Assembly (NCBI GenBank): GCA_002269645.1
Contig: NIVC01000576.1
Location: 235,637 to 299,636, forward strand
From: Macrostomum lignano
Taxonomy: Eukaryota
Reading direction: 5' to 3'
DNA length: 64,000 nt
Shown here: in pieces, positions 26,397 to 38,500 of the stretch
Numbering within the stretch: the stretch's first letter is position 1
Layout of the letters: every line of letters begins with the position of its first letter
Notes under the pieces: generated by a model
Database searches by the model: none
What the model saw: the letters and a program-made list of their open reading frames with translations, nothing else
What the model was told of the DNA's origin: nothing
Translations under genes and position numbers: made by a program

Positions 26397-26507
26397 CTCT
26401 GGGTTGCGATAGAAGACAAAAATCAATCCAAAAAGAAGCAAAATTGGAAAGATAATATAAATGCGCCGTAATCTGTTTAAAATCCAACGCAGCACACGCA
26501 GTTGCAT
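26397..26507 (-). CDS. SPRING1: SPRING1/C12orf49 homologue, exon 1 (type II signal anchor)
   Basis: MQLRVLRWILNRLRRIYIIFPILLLFGLIFVFYRNPE: a basic N-tail plus hydrophobic anchor; GAG|GCAAGT GC-type donor in phase 0. Full model is about 232 aa. Confidence 0.8.
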
Positions 26508-26866
26508 TCAATTCGACTGAAGCAGATCGTTTTATCTGGCACCAATAACGAGAACGGAAAACATGGACAAATAATTCTGATGTTTTCGTATATATAATAA
26601 AGTGAATAGAGCGAGAATATATGCACAACAATTGCGCTTGCTACTTGACACAATGACCCTTATTTAATAGCGGCAAATTTAATATTAGGCGTAAAATATC
26701 AATTAAAAGTAAGGAAAAAACAACTTAAAAAATCAAAACTTGAGACACTCATAAAAGCTTTTAAATAATCAACTATACTTGATACTTTCGTGAAGGCTAT
26801 TTTCATAACTGTATTTACTAAGAGAAAAAAGATTTGATAATTTGTTTTTCTGTTATCACTCTGGAA

Positions 26867-27657
26867 CACGTACAAGTGACAGATAACTTGGAGAAAAATG
26901 CAGCTAAGGACTGTTTTATTTAGTAGTGGGGTTAATTTGGTCATATTCAGTACCTTGTACACCCGACCGTATTCTGTAGGCCAAAGAGTTACGGATCTAA
27001 CAAAATTATAATGTTACGTTTGGCTGCACATGCGTACATACATGTACTTTAAACCTCAACTCATTACGATTTTACTATACTCGACTACTAAGGTTTAATA
27101 GAGTAGGGTGTGGCATGTTGTTGTCTAATCCATCTCTATCATTTAGCTTTTTTACTCGATTTTAAATATCTAATTATAACCAATATTTAATTTATTGTCT
27201 GCCAATGTACCAATTGGCGTAAGCCATAAGTAACGGCAGTAAGCTAATTTACAATTACAAAACTGACCGCTCATCGATGAATCGGGTTGAAAGTGCAGAA
27301 ACAATACAACTTTAAGCGTCTTTCAGGTTAATACATGTATTTGGATCTAAAATTTGTGCTTGCGCCTTGCCGGGCTTGGCAATCTCTTTGGAGTTAAAGA
27401 GGCCGGCCCATACATGTGTAAATGATACACGTACAAGTAGTACAGATAACTTGGAGAAAAATGCAGCTAAGGACTATTTTATACCGTAGTGGGGTTAATT
27501 AGGTCAATATTCAGTACCTTGTACACCCGACCGTATTCTGTAGGACAAAGAGTTACGCGGATCTAACAAAATTATAATGTTTCGTTTGGCTGCACATGCG
27601 TACATACATGTACTTTAAACCTCAACTCATTACGATTTTATTATACTCGACTATTAA
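26867..27657. repeat. Pair of ~225-bp direct repeats (26867-27091 and 27428-27657)
   Basis: High-identity copies separated by about 335 bp of unique sequence. Confidence 0.88.
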
Positions 27658-28068
27658 AATGGAGATAAACGACAGTGCGAGACTAATATAAGGAGAAGAC
27701 GCAAAAATTACACGAAAAAAATATGACGACAAAAAACTGCAATCTTGATTAATTCAGCTACATTCGTTTACACATGCAGTGTAAGTCCGACAAGCCAAGA
27801 CTACGTGACAAGCACGTGACACAAGTACGTGACAAGACTATGATGAATCAGACTAAGCGAGACATTGCTTAGTAGAACAAATCAGCAATAAACCCAAGCA
27901 GATTTACACTTACAATGTCATGTAAAATAAACATTCGACATACAATACAAAAGTGGAGACTTTTTTAAAAATTACCCAACTGTTTGATCCTTTACACAAA
28001 ATTTATTATCAATAGAGTAAAATAAATCAAGATTCACTGTTGCCTTTCTTAAAACCATAATACGTTTG

Positions 28069-28524
28069 TTAAGCCACAGTGGCACATATGGCGCCATTGT
28101 TGTAGTGCTTGGCATCGTCGGACTTATTGAACACAACGGCGTAGACCTTGGACAGTAACAGGATGCTCACCGCGAACAGGTTGGTGAAAAGCAGAACGAA
28201 GATCAGCAGAGCGCCTGCTGACGTCAGAGAGGCCATCGTGACGAGGCTGGGAATGAAGGCGATCCACACGAAGGTGGCGCACGCGGTGAAGGCCAGGATG
28301 CACTTGCTGTCGTGGAAATTGTCCGGCAGGCTGCGAACTCGCACGGCCAGCGAGCACGTGACCAGCATGAGCAGCAGGTTGAGCGCGTAGGGAATCCACA
28401 GGCTGCTGGAGAAGTAGTCGCACTGGAACTCCACGACGGGTCTGGCGTCGGATCGGAGGCCGTTGAGCAGCTGCTTGACGGGGCGGATCGGACGCGCGCT
28501 GAGAACGCTGCACAGTAGCACCAC
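28069..28524 (-). CDS. Class C GPCR-1, exon 2 (TM4 end to C-terminus)
   Basis: CTTCAG acceptor; VRSLPDNFHDSKCI..FVWIAFIP...LLLSKVYAVVF, matching class C TM6-TM7 motifs. Confidence 0.92.
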   Translation of the reverse strand: MVLLCSVLSARPIRPVKQLLNGLRSDARPVVEFQCDYFSSSLWIPYALNLLLMLVTCSLAVRVRSLPDNFHDSKCILAFTACATFVWIAFIPSLVTMASLTSAGALLIFVLLFTNLFAVSILLLSKVYAVVFNKSDDAKHYNNGAICATVA

Positions 28525-28677
28525 CTGAAGAGATGGATCGTCCAATATTGAATATTAAATAACCCTTATTTACAATATATTTTCTAGGTAAACTTCAGTT
28601 TTAGAGTAACATAGGAAAAGTAAAATACGAAAAAATGCGGGAGTTCTTCTGAAGCAAAAAAACCAAGAACGAGTTAC

Positions 28678-30750
28678 CTGCAACATACAAACTGCAATTG
28701 TCATGACTATTACGGCCCTCCGCCCTGTGAATTTCAGTCCAGATGTGCCGCGCATGGAGCCCACGAACACGCGGTAGATCCGAGCGCTCTTGGTCAGCAG
28801 AGCCGCGTACACTATCGTGAGGCTGAAGTGGTACAGAAACGCCTGCACGTTGCACACGGTGAGCGACGGCTCGCCGAAGAACAGCGCCACGTCGAAGAGT
28901 CCGAGCTGGATGCCGACCTGTTGGAACACGCTCAGCTCTAGCGAGGACGCCTTCAGCAGCGGCACGTTCGACCTGGCCAAGAAGAACACTCCGGTCGCCA
29001 TGGTGACCGCAGAGCCGAGCGCCGACACGCCGATGAACACGATGCCGCTAGTGTCACTCGGTCGGAGGACGGTCAGCGCGAGCGGCTCGCAGCGAGAGTA
29101 GTTCGAGCTCGGCCAGGTAAGCGAGGCGCACTTCTCGCACAACGTACCGTTCGACCCTACGATCTCGTCGGAGCTGCACGGTCTGCACACCCAGCAGCAC
29201 TTGCTCACCTGCACTCGGTACTCGCGATTGCCGCACGGTAGAGAGCACACACTCGTTGGTACCGAGCGTTGGTCGCTCGCATCTCCAGGCCACGAGATCA
29301 GGCTTCGATTCATGCTGAGACCGTGCTCAGAGCTCCACACACCGACAGTCACTCTCGAGCTCACCTGTTTGCTGCTCTGGTAGAGCACAACATAGGAAGC
29401 GGGACCGTTTCCATTGCTGTCGAGCTTCACCTCTCCCGTGTAGCCGGTGAAGTTCGTTCGGTACAGCTGCCTCAGCAGCAGCGGTCCGGTCACGCACTGC
29501 AGCAGTGCCGACTTGTTCAGCCTCGGCTCCAGGCTGGTCGCGCACTCCGACCTGGCCACCGCGTCGATCGCGTGGGCGAATAAGAGAAACGCGTCCAGCA
29601 TCCGAGCGACTGGAGCGACAATGCTGGACGGGGTGAAGCTGCTCGACTCGGACACTCGACGAGACGAGTTCGTAGTGCAACAGGCACACGTTGAGCAGTT
29701 CATCAGCTGATCAAACATGATTGCACCGTTGTACATCTTAGAGAGGTCAGAGTAGGTAAGGTTCAGGTACCACTGCATCAAGTCGGGTGTTGGGAACATA
29801 TTGAAGTAGACGGTGAATGAGTTGTTTGTATAGATATTTTTATTGTAGTTCCCATCAACCATAATGAGATACACGCCAGCTTTTCCCAATGCTTGAAGAA
29901 GTTGAATAGTCTCCAAATTATTGTCGATACTTTTTAGCCAAATCAGTGCTCGTAAATTTGGTTGGGTTTGATATTGTTCTATTATAGCTGCTGCTACATT
30001 TGCACTTGTCAGTGGCATTAGAAAGGCTAGACAGGCAAGGGGGAATCGAGTTGGCAGAATTGAGGTTAGCTGCGTTACTATGTTTGTGTTGTAGACACTT
30101 CCTGGATCGTAGAGCAGACCGATGTACGTCCAGTTGAACTCGCGGAGCAGGTCGATGATCACCATCGCTTGATATGAGTCCGGACTCACCAGTCGTACAA
30201 AGTTGGGGAACCGAACTCGATCGCTGAGCGAGTCGCTGCTGCACTCGGTTCCGACTGTGGGCAGAGCTTCGTTCTGCAATGGGAATAACAAAGTCTGAGT
30301 GACGGTGCTGGACCAGCCGCCAACGACACCGTGCACCAAATACACCGGGTCGGGATCGATGCCATTGAGCATACTGCACCGGTCTCCAGTTTCCAAAAGA
30401 GCCGGACGTCTCCAAGCAGCTCGAACTCGACTCGCAGCAGCGGCACCTTTAGCCTCGGAGTAGCAGGTGTCGAGAAAAACGACTCCTAAAGTGAAGTTTT
30501 CACTCTGGCTGAATATTGTGCCCGGCTTCGCTGCCACTTTCTCGAGCACGAAGCGAGGCACCAACTGTCGCAGGAATTCCTCCTCTTTGAGACTATTTCT
30601 ACAGTAGCTGGTACTGTGCAGCATTGCTAGTGTGAAGTCTCCAGCCACACAGTAGCTATTTGTCCTTGGCTGTGCAGCTGCGACTTTAATAAACGATGAT
30701 GCTGGAGTCTGAGTCATTAGAACAATTGCAATTATCTGTTGTACTTGCAT
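28678..30750 (-). CDS. Class C (mGluR-like) GPCR-1, exon 1 (VFT, nine-Cys domain, TM1-4)
   Basis: GGWSS, LSDRVRFPNFVRLVSPDSYQA, NWTYIG, SVCSLPC..KCCWVCRPC, LLTKSARIYRVF; CAG|GTAACT donor. Likely ATG is 30750; the spliced model is about 842 aa. Confidence 0.93.
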
Positions 30751-31356
30751 AGTTATAACTATCCGATCGAAATTGACTCTCAGCTCGTCAAATATTATGT
30801 GAGCTTCTGTTTTCAATTTTTTTCTTCAGAATGACAAATGCTGACAGCTTCTAAGCAGAATCAAAACGAAGTTTTCATCCTGAGTAAAAGGGGCTCCAGC
30901 CAATTTGGTTTTGTGAATTCAATTGGCCATGAGTGGCATAGAGAAGCTTGATTGCTTAACCAATCGGCGCTAAAAACATTTTTTCACATCCAGCTACGAA
31001 TTAGCTATCGATAAAAATGTTTTTGATAAAAGTGCATTTTTTGGAGATGCTAGTGATCTTCAGAAAGCCACTTGACTGTGATATTCTCCGCCGAGGCACC
31101 GAGACAGAGGTAAATATTTTACGAATGACCGACAAAGTTGTAGGTCGGTACGTTGGTGAAACATTCGCTCGTAGCTACGTCTAGATTTACCTGAGGCTTT
31201 ACCCGAACGTTTTAGTTGGCTAAACCAAATAAAGCTTAGTTTGCACTGTGCATAACTTAAAAAAATATATTTTAAGCTCACAGTTTAGGGGCCTATAGCG
31301 ATTGACAGTAGGCATAAAGAGCCTGTTTGAGAATCTGTAGATGCTGCAATTGATAG

Positions 31357-32360
31357 TGTCGTGCCGTAGTTCGGTTAATATTCACGACTTGTTAACCGTC
31401 AAGTCTCATAAACATGCATTTATATTGTAACAAAACAAAATCTTATTTAAGTGCAATAGGCGGCATTCGTGGCAGGCCTCCATGCTGAGTACAGTACTTG
31501 TACATTAAACTCATAGAGCCAGTCAGTAATAGAAATGCGTAGATCGTTAGCTCATCAAAAGTGACGCAACCCAGCGGCGCCACATCCGCCTCACCACTGA
31601 GGCGTAAGCCGCTGGGGATGGACTCTTTTGTTGCAGCGCTCGCAACGTCTCGGAAGGTGCGTTGGTCTCCTGAGTTCTTGCGGTCGAGCTCTCGGACTCG
31701 GACTCATCAGCAGTCTCTCCAGCCGCCTGCTCCATTTCGCCTCCGGTCCCTTGCTGCTGGAGGGGCGTGGACGCCGTGTCCGCTGGAAGCTTTGGTCTCG
31801 ATGGGCGAGCACCGACCGGTTGTTGTCTCGAATGACCACTGCAGCCGTGTTACTGCCTGCCTGAACGCCGAAACATGGCTATCTCGGTAGATGCACCGGA
31901 GACAGGCTGATACGAGCGTAAATTATCGGTGCGTCGGTCTCGAATGTCATAGTCAGAGGGCTCCTCAGCTGTCGGCCCATTTTTAGCGCTGATGGACTGC
32001 CTCGGCCGTCCCACCGTGCCATCGACCGGTAGTTGAGCAGCAACTTGGCCAGGTTGGCCTCTAAGGAGCCGCGGTGCACCATGCACTTTGAGAAGTAGTC
32101 TGACCATGCACTCTGAGCAGCCGTTGAACTGAGGATGGTACGATGAACAGTGCCCCAGGTTACACTCAATGCCCCGTAGCCGCTGCTGAAGCTCGCCGTC
32201 GCAGAACTCCGATGCGTTGTCTGACACCATGGGTTCTGGGCACGCCTTGTCTTGAAAAGATCGATCGTAGAATTTGAAGTGTCTTTCTGCTGGCCGTCTT
32301 GTCTGGCACCAGAATGCGTCTACGGGGACGAGGATGGGGTTCCCCTATTTCCCCTTTCTG
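31357..32360 (-). mobile_element. Truncated Gypsy/Ty3 LTR retrotransposon (integrase end plus 3' LTR)
   Basis: Integrase relic, then a purine-rich PPT-like tract (31585-31598), then a TG..CA bounded LTR candidate at 31357-31584. Confidence 0.7.
31900..32300 (-). pseudogene. Gypsy-type integrase core relic
   Basis: LRSIFSRQGVP/MVSDNASEF...SSYHPQFNGCSECMVR/LAKLLLNYRS...SPSALKMGRQLRSPL, with frameshifts. Confidence 0.88.
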
Positions 32361-34675
32361 CATATTTCATTTGCAAAAAGCCCTCAATAACTATTACATA
32401 TTAGAGGTTGCATGGTATCCACAACATTAGACCAATAGCAAAGGATCAGCAAGCATGCGTTATGCTTGATAAGCTACTGAAGAGACCTTTAAACTAGCAA
32501 ATGGATGTCAATTTAAGCTACTAAATGGAGCCAGAGAAGTGAACTAGAAGCAATAGGAGCTCCAGGAAGTGACCTGGAAAAGGGGGTCGCGGCATTGCTA
32601 ATCGTATACTTGACGAGTTTCGAGTCGAGTTAATCTGAGATAGTGGAGCCTTGTCTCGACCTGAGTCGACTTGTTAAATTTATGATTCAGACAGCAGAAG
32701 CATATATTTGCTGCTGTTTTCTCCATTAAGCACTATGCTGTTTAGAGAGGGTGGAGTCAGTTTTTAGTCATGTCGAAGCTTTTTAGAGCAGCGTAACTTG
32801 CGTATTTATTTAAATTTACTATACAATTTATTGTGCAAATGTATGGTTGTCTGTAGCTATGCATTCTATATTTTGCAAAGCAATGCATTAACGAAACATA
32901 TTTTAACTCGTTCTGATAAGTTCCTTCATTTTCTTAGAAAAATGTTAAGAAGACTCTCGAATTTCTAAAAGCGAAAACGAAGCGGAACGGTAAATTAATA
33001 TGTTAAATTGGTGATTTCAGGAATAATCCATATACTAAAAATGGTTTGTAGGTAGGTAGGTAGGTATTACTAGAGTCTAAATTATGTTTTAATGATAAAA
33101 AGTGCTATTGTAAAGCGAAATTGATTACTTTGAAGTGAAATTTCGCATTTTCGGTATTACTTAACTAACTGCTCGACCAAACTCAACTCGAAGCTTCAAA
33201 TCTTGAAGATGGAGTCTAGTACTTCGGGCTCCATTCCATTGACTAAGCCCCAAAAGCTACTGACGAACCAAACGCTGTGCACTAGTGCACCTTCCATTTG
33301 GCCAAGCACAAATAATAAAATCGTAGATTTTACGATTTTATCTACGATTTTATTGGAAAAGCAGCAAGAGAAAAGCTTTGAAAATCTGAATAGGAATTTG
33401 CTGAGCGATAAATTGATTGTTTGACACTTCTGAAACTTGTTTGGCTTTCTTTAACTTGAAGCCAGGTAAACGCAGCGACCTCCATAACATGCATAAGTTT
33501 GACTTAGAAACAGAATTGCATCAAAGAGCGATTCACTAATTGCTATTTGCTATGCGAAAACCTTCTTAGAGACATTGGATTTCTTGGGCTGTCAGGATTA
33601 AAAATGCTATTGAAGCTACACTCGATGCCAATTCTCGATCTGCTTGCTTTTCAGTTCAGATCCACGACAGACTAATAAATGTAATTTCGTTGTTAGACAC
33701 GAAAAAAGAGAAAATCAAACTTTGAACTTAAATCCATGTTGGGGCACTGATTCAATGTCGCTGATTTATTCAACTATGATTTTCTTTCACGTCTGGTAGT
33801 CTCCAGTAGTGAATTGACCTGACTACTTAGAGTAGAACAATTCAACTGAATCTGAATATTCAGAACCGTTTACTGAACAGCCGCTTGTACTTATTGTTGC
33901 AAACATCAGTATTTTCACTGAAGTGTTTGGGCAATAAAATAATTTCTTAACACCAGAAAAGCCTTTATCTGGATCTGTCAATTACATTATCATAAACCCA
34001 CATGTCGTTATATAGGTATATCTGTGTCAAGCAAAGTTCCCTGCAGTTTCTCATACAGTTATCGCAAGTACACTGTAAATTTTTCTTACAAATAAATATT
34101 GCTCTTCGCAGTAACCCCTGGTGTAAACAGCTTATTTAATTAATTACAATAGATGTAACGGAAATAGAGGAAATTACGCGTCTTTTCGTGAATGTCTCAT
34201 AAAAGTAGGGCCAGTAATGTCGGAAGCGATGCACAACCCATGCAATCCAATTGACTGACGTCTAAAGATTTAGCTATCTACAGTAGATGCGAGTATCCAA
34301 TAGATTCAAGCATCTAATAGTATCTCTGCCATAGAACTATTGTTGTATCCCCCAGGTAACGGCCCAGAGAGACACGCAAGCAGCTGCGTGGGGTATAGGG
34401 GCCTAAGCGCCGCCGAAGAGGAAACGCTCGATGCTATTCAAGTTCGCAGCGCTTCCCGAGCCTAGCACCGCCGCAACGGGCTGGTACCACTACTGCGAGA
34501 GTTCACAGGTGCCCCAAAGAGAAAGAGAACTCGTACTATTTGCACACAAAACTTTGGTCACAACAGAAGTGCGCAACAGACCGCGGTCTACTGGCCACGA
34601 TGTGTGAAGTATTAAACTGAGTTGCACTGTTTTCGCACGGCCACACGAGAGCAGGTGGTTTGGAACAGGGATAGC

Positions 34676-35103
34676 GACGTTTGCCTGCGGGACGTTTGCC
34701 AGCCGACGTTTGCCTGCGGGACGTTTGCCAGCCGACGTTTGCCTGCGGGACGTTTGCCAGCCGACGTTTGCCTGCGGGACGTTTGCCAGCCGACGTTTGC
34801 CTGCGGGACGTTTGCCAGCCGACGTTTGCCAGCCGACGTTTGCCAGCCGACGTTTGCCTGCGGGACGTTTGCCAGCCGAAGTTTGCCAGCCGACGTTTGC
34901 CGGCGGGACGTTTGCCGGCCGACGTTTGCCTGCGGGACGTTTGCCAGCCGACGTTTGCCAGCCGACGTTTGCCTGCGGGACGTTTGCCAGCCGAAGTTTG
35001 CCAGCCGACATTTGCCAGCCGACGTTTGCCAGCCGACGTTTGCCTGCGGGACGTTTGCCAGCCGACATTTGCCAGCCGATGTTTGCCTGCTGGAAGTTTG
35101 CCA
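34676..35103. repeat. 29-bp (15+14) subterminal tandem array, left foldback arm
   Basis: GACGTTTGCCTGCGG plus GACGTTTGCCAGCC units; a shorter inverted array lies at 49210-49320. Confidence 0.93.
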
Positions 35104-35512
35104 GCTGTAATTTGCTAGCCAATATAAAGCCAGTCAGTGAAAAATTTGATACTGAAATATTCGCAGTTTAGCGGTTTGACAAAAACCGTTTTTGCTCAAA
35201 CTTTTTGACGGTTATTTGCATATATACAAGTTCGAAAGCAAAATCTATATAAACTATGCAGTTCATTAGTCTAACGCAATACCTAGTTTAACAACGATTT
35301 TGGCACAACATATCAAAAGATGAACATTCATGAGTTTGCCTCGTATGAAAGCAATAACAATTGTTGTGCTGAAAAGATGAAAACTTCCTATCTCCCTATG
35401 GCCTTCAAAACATTTTCCATAGATTTCGAGTGCTGCGCGTCCTTCTACTTTAGTAGTCGTTGGGGTGACTAAGCTTTGTATACGAAGTGTCTAGCGCTTG
35501 CCATCCTACTAG

Positions 35513-38500
35513 TCCTATATACTAAAAATGAGTTGTCTGTGGGTATGTGGGTATGTGGGTATGCGATAGATTTCAGAAAAATTGGCTCAACCGATTTTCT
35601 TCAAACTTGCACCATTCGATCAGAAATTTTCCTGGGACGGTACATGCATCTTGGCTAAGAAATTGCTCAATTTTAAAGGGATTAAATATTCGAAAAACAT
35701 GCTTTTTTGCAAAGGTCAAGCAGCTCTTTCGACCTGAAATGCATTGTAAGAATGCTAGAGAAAAAACTGACTGACTGAATTCTGATTCTGACAAAGATTG
35801 CATCACAACAAGTTGAAAACAGTGCCGAAGAAATGCACACACGACTTGAATGAAATTGCGTAACCATATTGGCAACTTAAATTGAGACTGATTCTGGCTG
35901 ACTGAGAAATTGATTATGTCATAACTTTTTACTCCAATTGACTTGCTGTAAGAATTGAATTATAAGGGCCACAATTTATGTTCTCCAATTGAAAAAGATA
36001 GCCCAGATGCGAACAGACTGGAATGCTAATGTAGCGACTTGGGTTCGAATCTTAGTAGGGCAAAAAAGATTTTTTTTTATTAAAACACCTTAAAAACACA
36101 AAACTTCTAAACATAAAAGAAGCGCAATGTCAAACATAGAAGAGCCACCATGTCGAACATAAAAGAGCTAACATATCGAATATTAAAGAGCCACCATGTC
36201 AAACCTAAACGAGCCACCATGTCTAATATTTAAGAGGCACCATATAAAACATATAAGTGACTTTATGTCAAACATAAAAGAGCCACCATTTCTAACATTA
36301 AACAGCCACCATTTCGAACATTAAAGAGCCACCATGTCGAAAATAAAAGAGTCACTATTTCGAACATCAAAGAGCCACTATGTCAAACATTTAGGAGCCA
36401 CTTTTTCGAACATTAAAGAGCCACCATGTCAAACATAAAAGAGCCAACATGTCAAACATAAAAGAGCCAACATGTCAAACATAAGGGCCACCATGTCAAA
36501 CATTTAAGAGCCACCATGTCAAACATATATGTGACTTTGTGTTAAACATTAAAGAGCCACCATTTCGAACATTAAAGAGCCACCATGTCAAACATGAAAG
36601 AGCTATAACATGAAGAATATTAAAGAGCCACCATGTCGAACATAAAAGAGCTGCCATGTAAAATAACAAAGAGCTACCAAGTTAAACATAAAAGAGCCAC
36701 CATGTAAAACATTAAAGAGCCACCATGTGAAACATTAAAGAGCCACATTGTCAAACCTAGAAGAGCCACCATGTCGAACATAACAGAGCTACCATGTCAA
36801 ACATTAAAGAGCCACCATGTCAAACATTCAAAAGTTACATTGTCAAACATTGAAGAGCCACTATGTCAAACATTTAGGAGCCACTTTGTCGAACATTAAA
36901 GAGCCAACATGTCAGACATTAAAAAAGCCACCGTATCAAATAAAAAGAGTTAACATGTAGAACAAAAAAGAGCCACCATATCGAACATAAAAGAGCCAAC
37001 ATGTCAAACATAAAGAGCCACCATGTCAAACATTTAAGAGCCACCATGTCAAACATATATGTGACTTTATGTCAAACATTAAAGAGCCACCATTTCGGAC
37101 ATAACAGAGCTACCATGTAAAACATTAAAGAGCCACCATGTCAAACATTAAAGAGCCACCATGTCGAACATAAAAGAGCCACCATGTCAAACCTAAAAGA
37201 GCCACCATGTCGAAAATAAAAGAGCCACTATTTCGAACATTAAAGAGCCACCATTTCGAACATTAAAGAGCCACCATGTCGACCATAAAAGAGCCACTAT
37301 TTCGAACATTAAATATCCACCATGTCAAACATTAAAGAGCCACCATGTCAAACATGAAAGAGCTATAACATGAAGAATATTAAAGAGCCACCATGTCGAA
37401 CATAACAGAGCTACCATGTCAAACATTAAAGAGCCACCATGTCAAACATTCAAAAGTTACATTGTCAAACATTGAAGAGCCACTATGTCAAACATTTAGG
37501 AGCCACTTTGTCGAACATTAAAGAGCCAACATGTCAGACATTAAAAAAGCCACCATTTCAAACATTAAAGAGGCACCATGTCGAACATTAAAAAGCCACC
37601 ATGTCGAACATTAAAGAGCCACCATGTTAAACATTAAAGAGCCACCATGTGAAACATTAAAGAGCCACCATGTCAAACATTAAAGAGCCATCATTACATT
37701 AAAGTGCCACCAGGTCAAAAATTAAAGAGCCACCATGTCAAACATTAACGAGTCACCATGTCAAGTATATTCGTGACTCCATGTCAACCATAAAAGAGCC
37801 ACCATGTCAAACATAAAAGAGCCACCACGTCAAACATTAAAGAGCCACCATGTCAAACATAAAAGAGCCACCATGTCAAACATAAAAGAGCCATCATGTT
37901 AAACATTAAAGAGCCACCATGTCAAACATAAAAGAGCCACCATGTCAAAAATAAAAGAGCAACCATGTCAAACATATATGTGACTCCATGTCAAGCAGTA
38001 AAGAGCCACCATGTCAAGCATAAAAAAGCCACCATGTCGAACATAAAAGAGCCCCATGTCAAACATTAAAAAGCCACAATGTCAAACATTAAAGAGACAC
38101 CATGTCGAACATGTCAAACATTAACGAGTCACCATGTCAAGTATATTCGTGACTCCATGTCAACCATAAAAGAGCCATGTCAAAGCCACATGTCAAACAC
38201 TAAAGAGCCACCATGTCAAACATAAAAGAGCCACTATGTCAAACATTAAGGAGACACCATGTTAGACATTAAAAAACCCCGAATCAAACATAAAAGAGCC
38301 ACCATGTAGAACATAAAAGAGCCATCATGTCAAACATTAAAGAGGCACCATGTCGAACATTAAAAAGCCACCATGTCAAACATTAAAGAGCCACCATGTC
38401 GAACATAAAAAAACCACCATGTCGAACATAAAAGAGCCACCATGTCGAACATAAAAGAACCACCATGTCGAACATTAAAGAGCCACCATGTCGAACATTA

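Noticed and set aside
30751-30816. 22-aa N-terminal extension of GPCR-1, and the unspliced C-terminal tails of all three exon-1 ORFs
   Set aside because: The extension starts at a non-ATG codon; the tails are intron read-through past clear GT donors.
32615-33197. Imperfect 17-bp inverted repeat (GAGTTTCGAGTCGAGTT) suggesting a MITE
   Set aside because: Short, imperfect, and no TSD identified.
35998-36060. Possible genuine tRNA genes (here, in units B and C, and at 14695)
   Set aside because: The acceptor and anticodon stems do not pair, and all are embedded in repeats.
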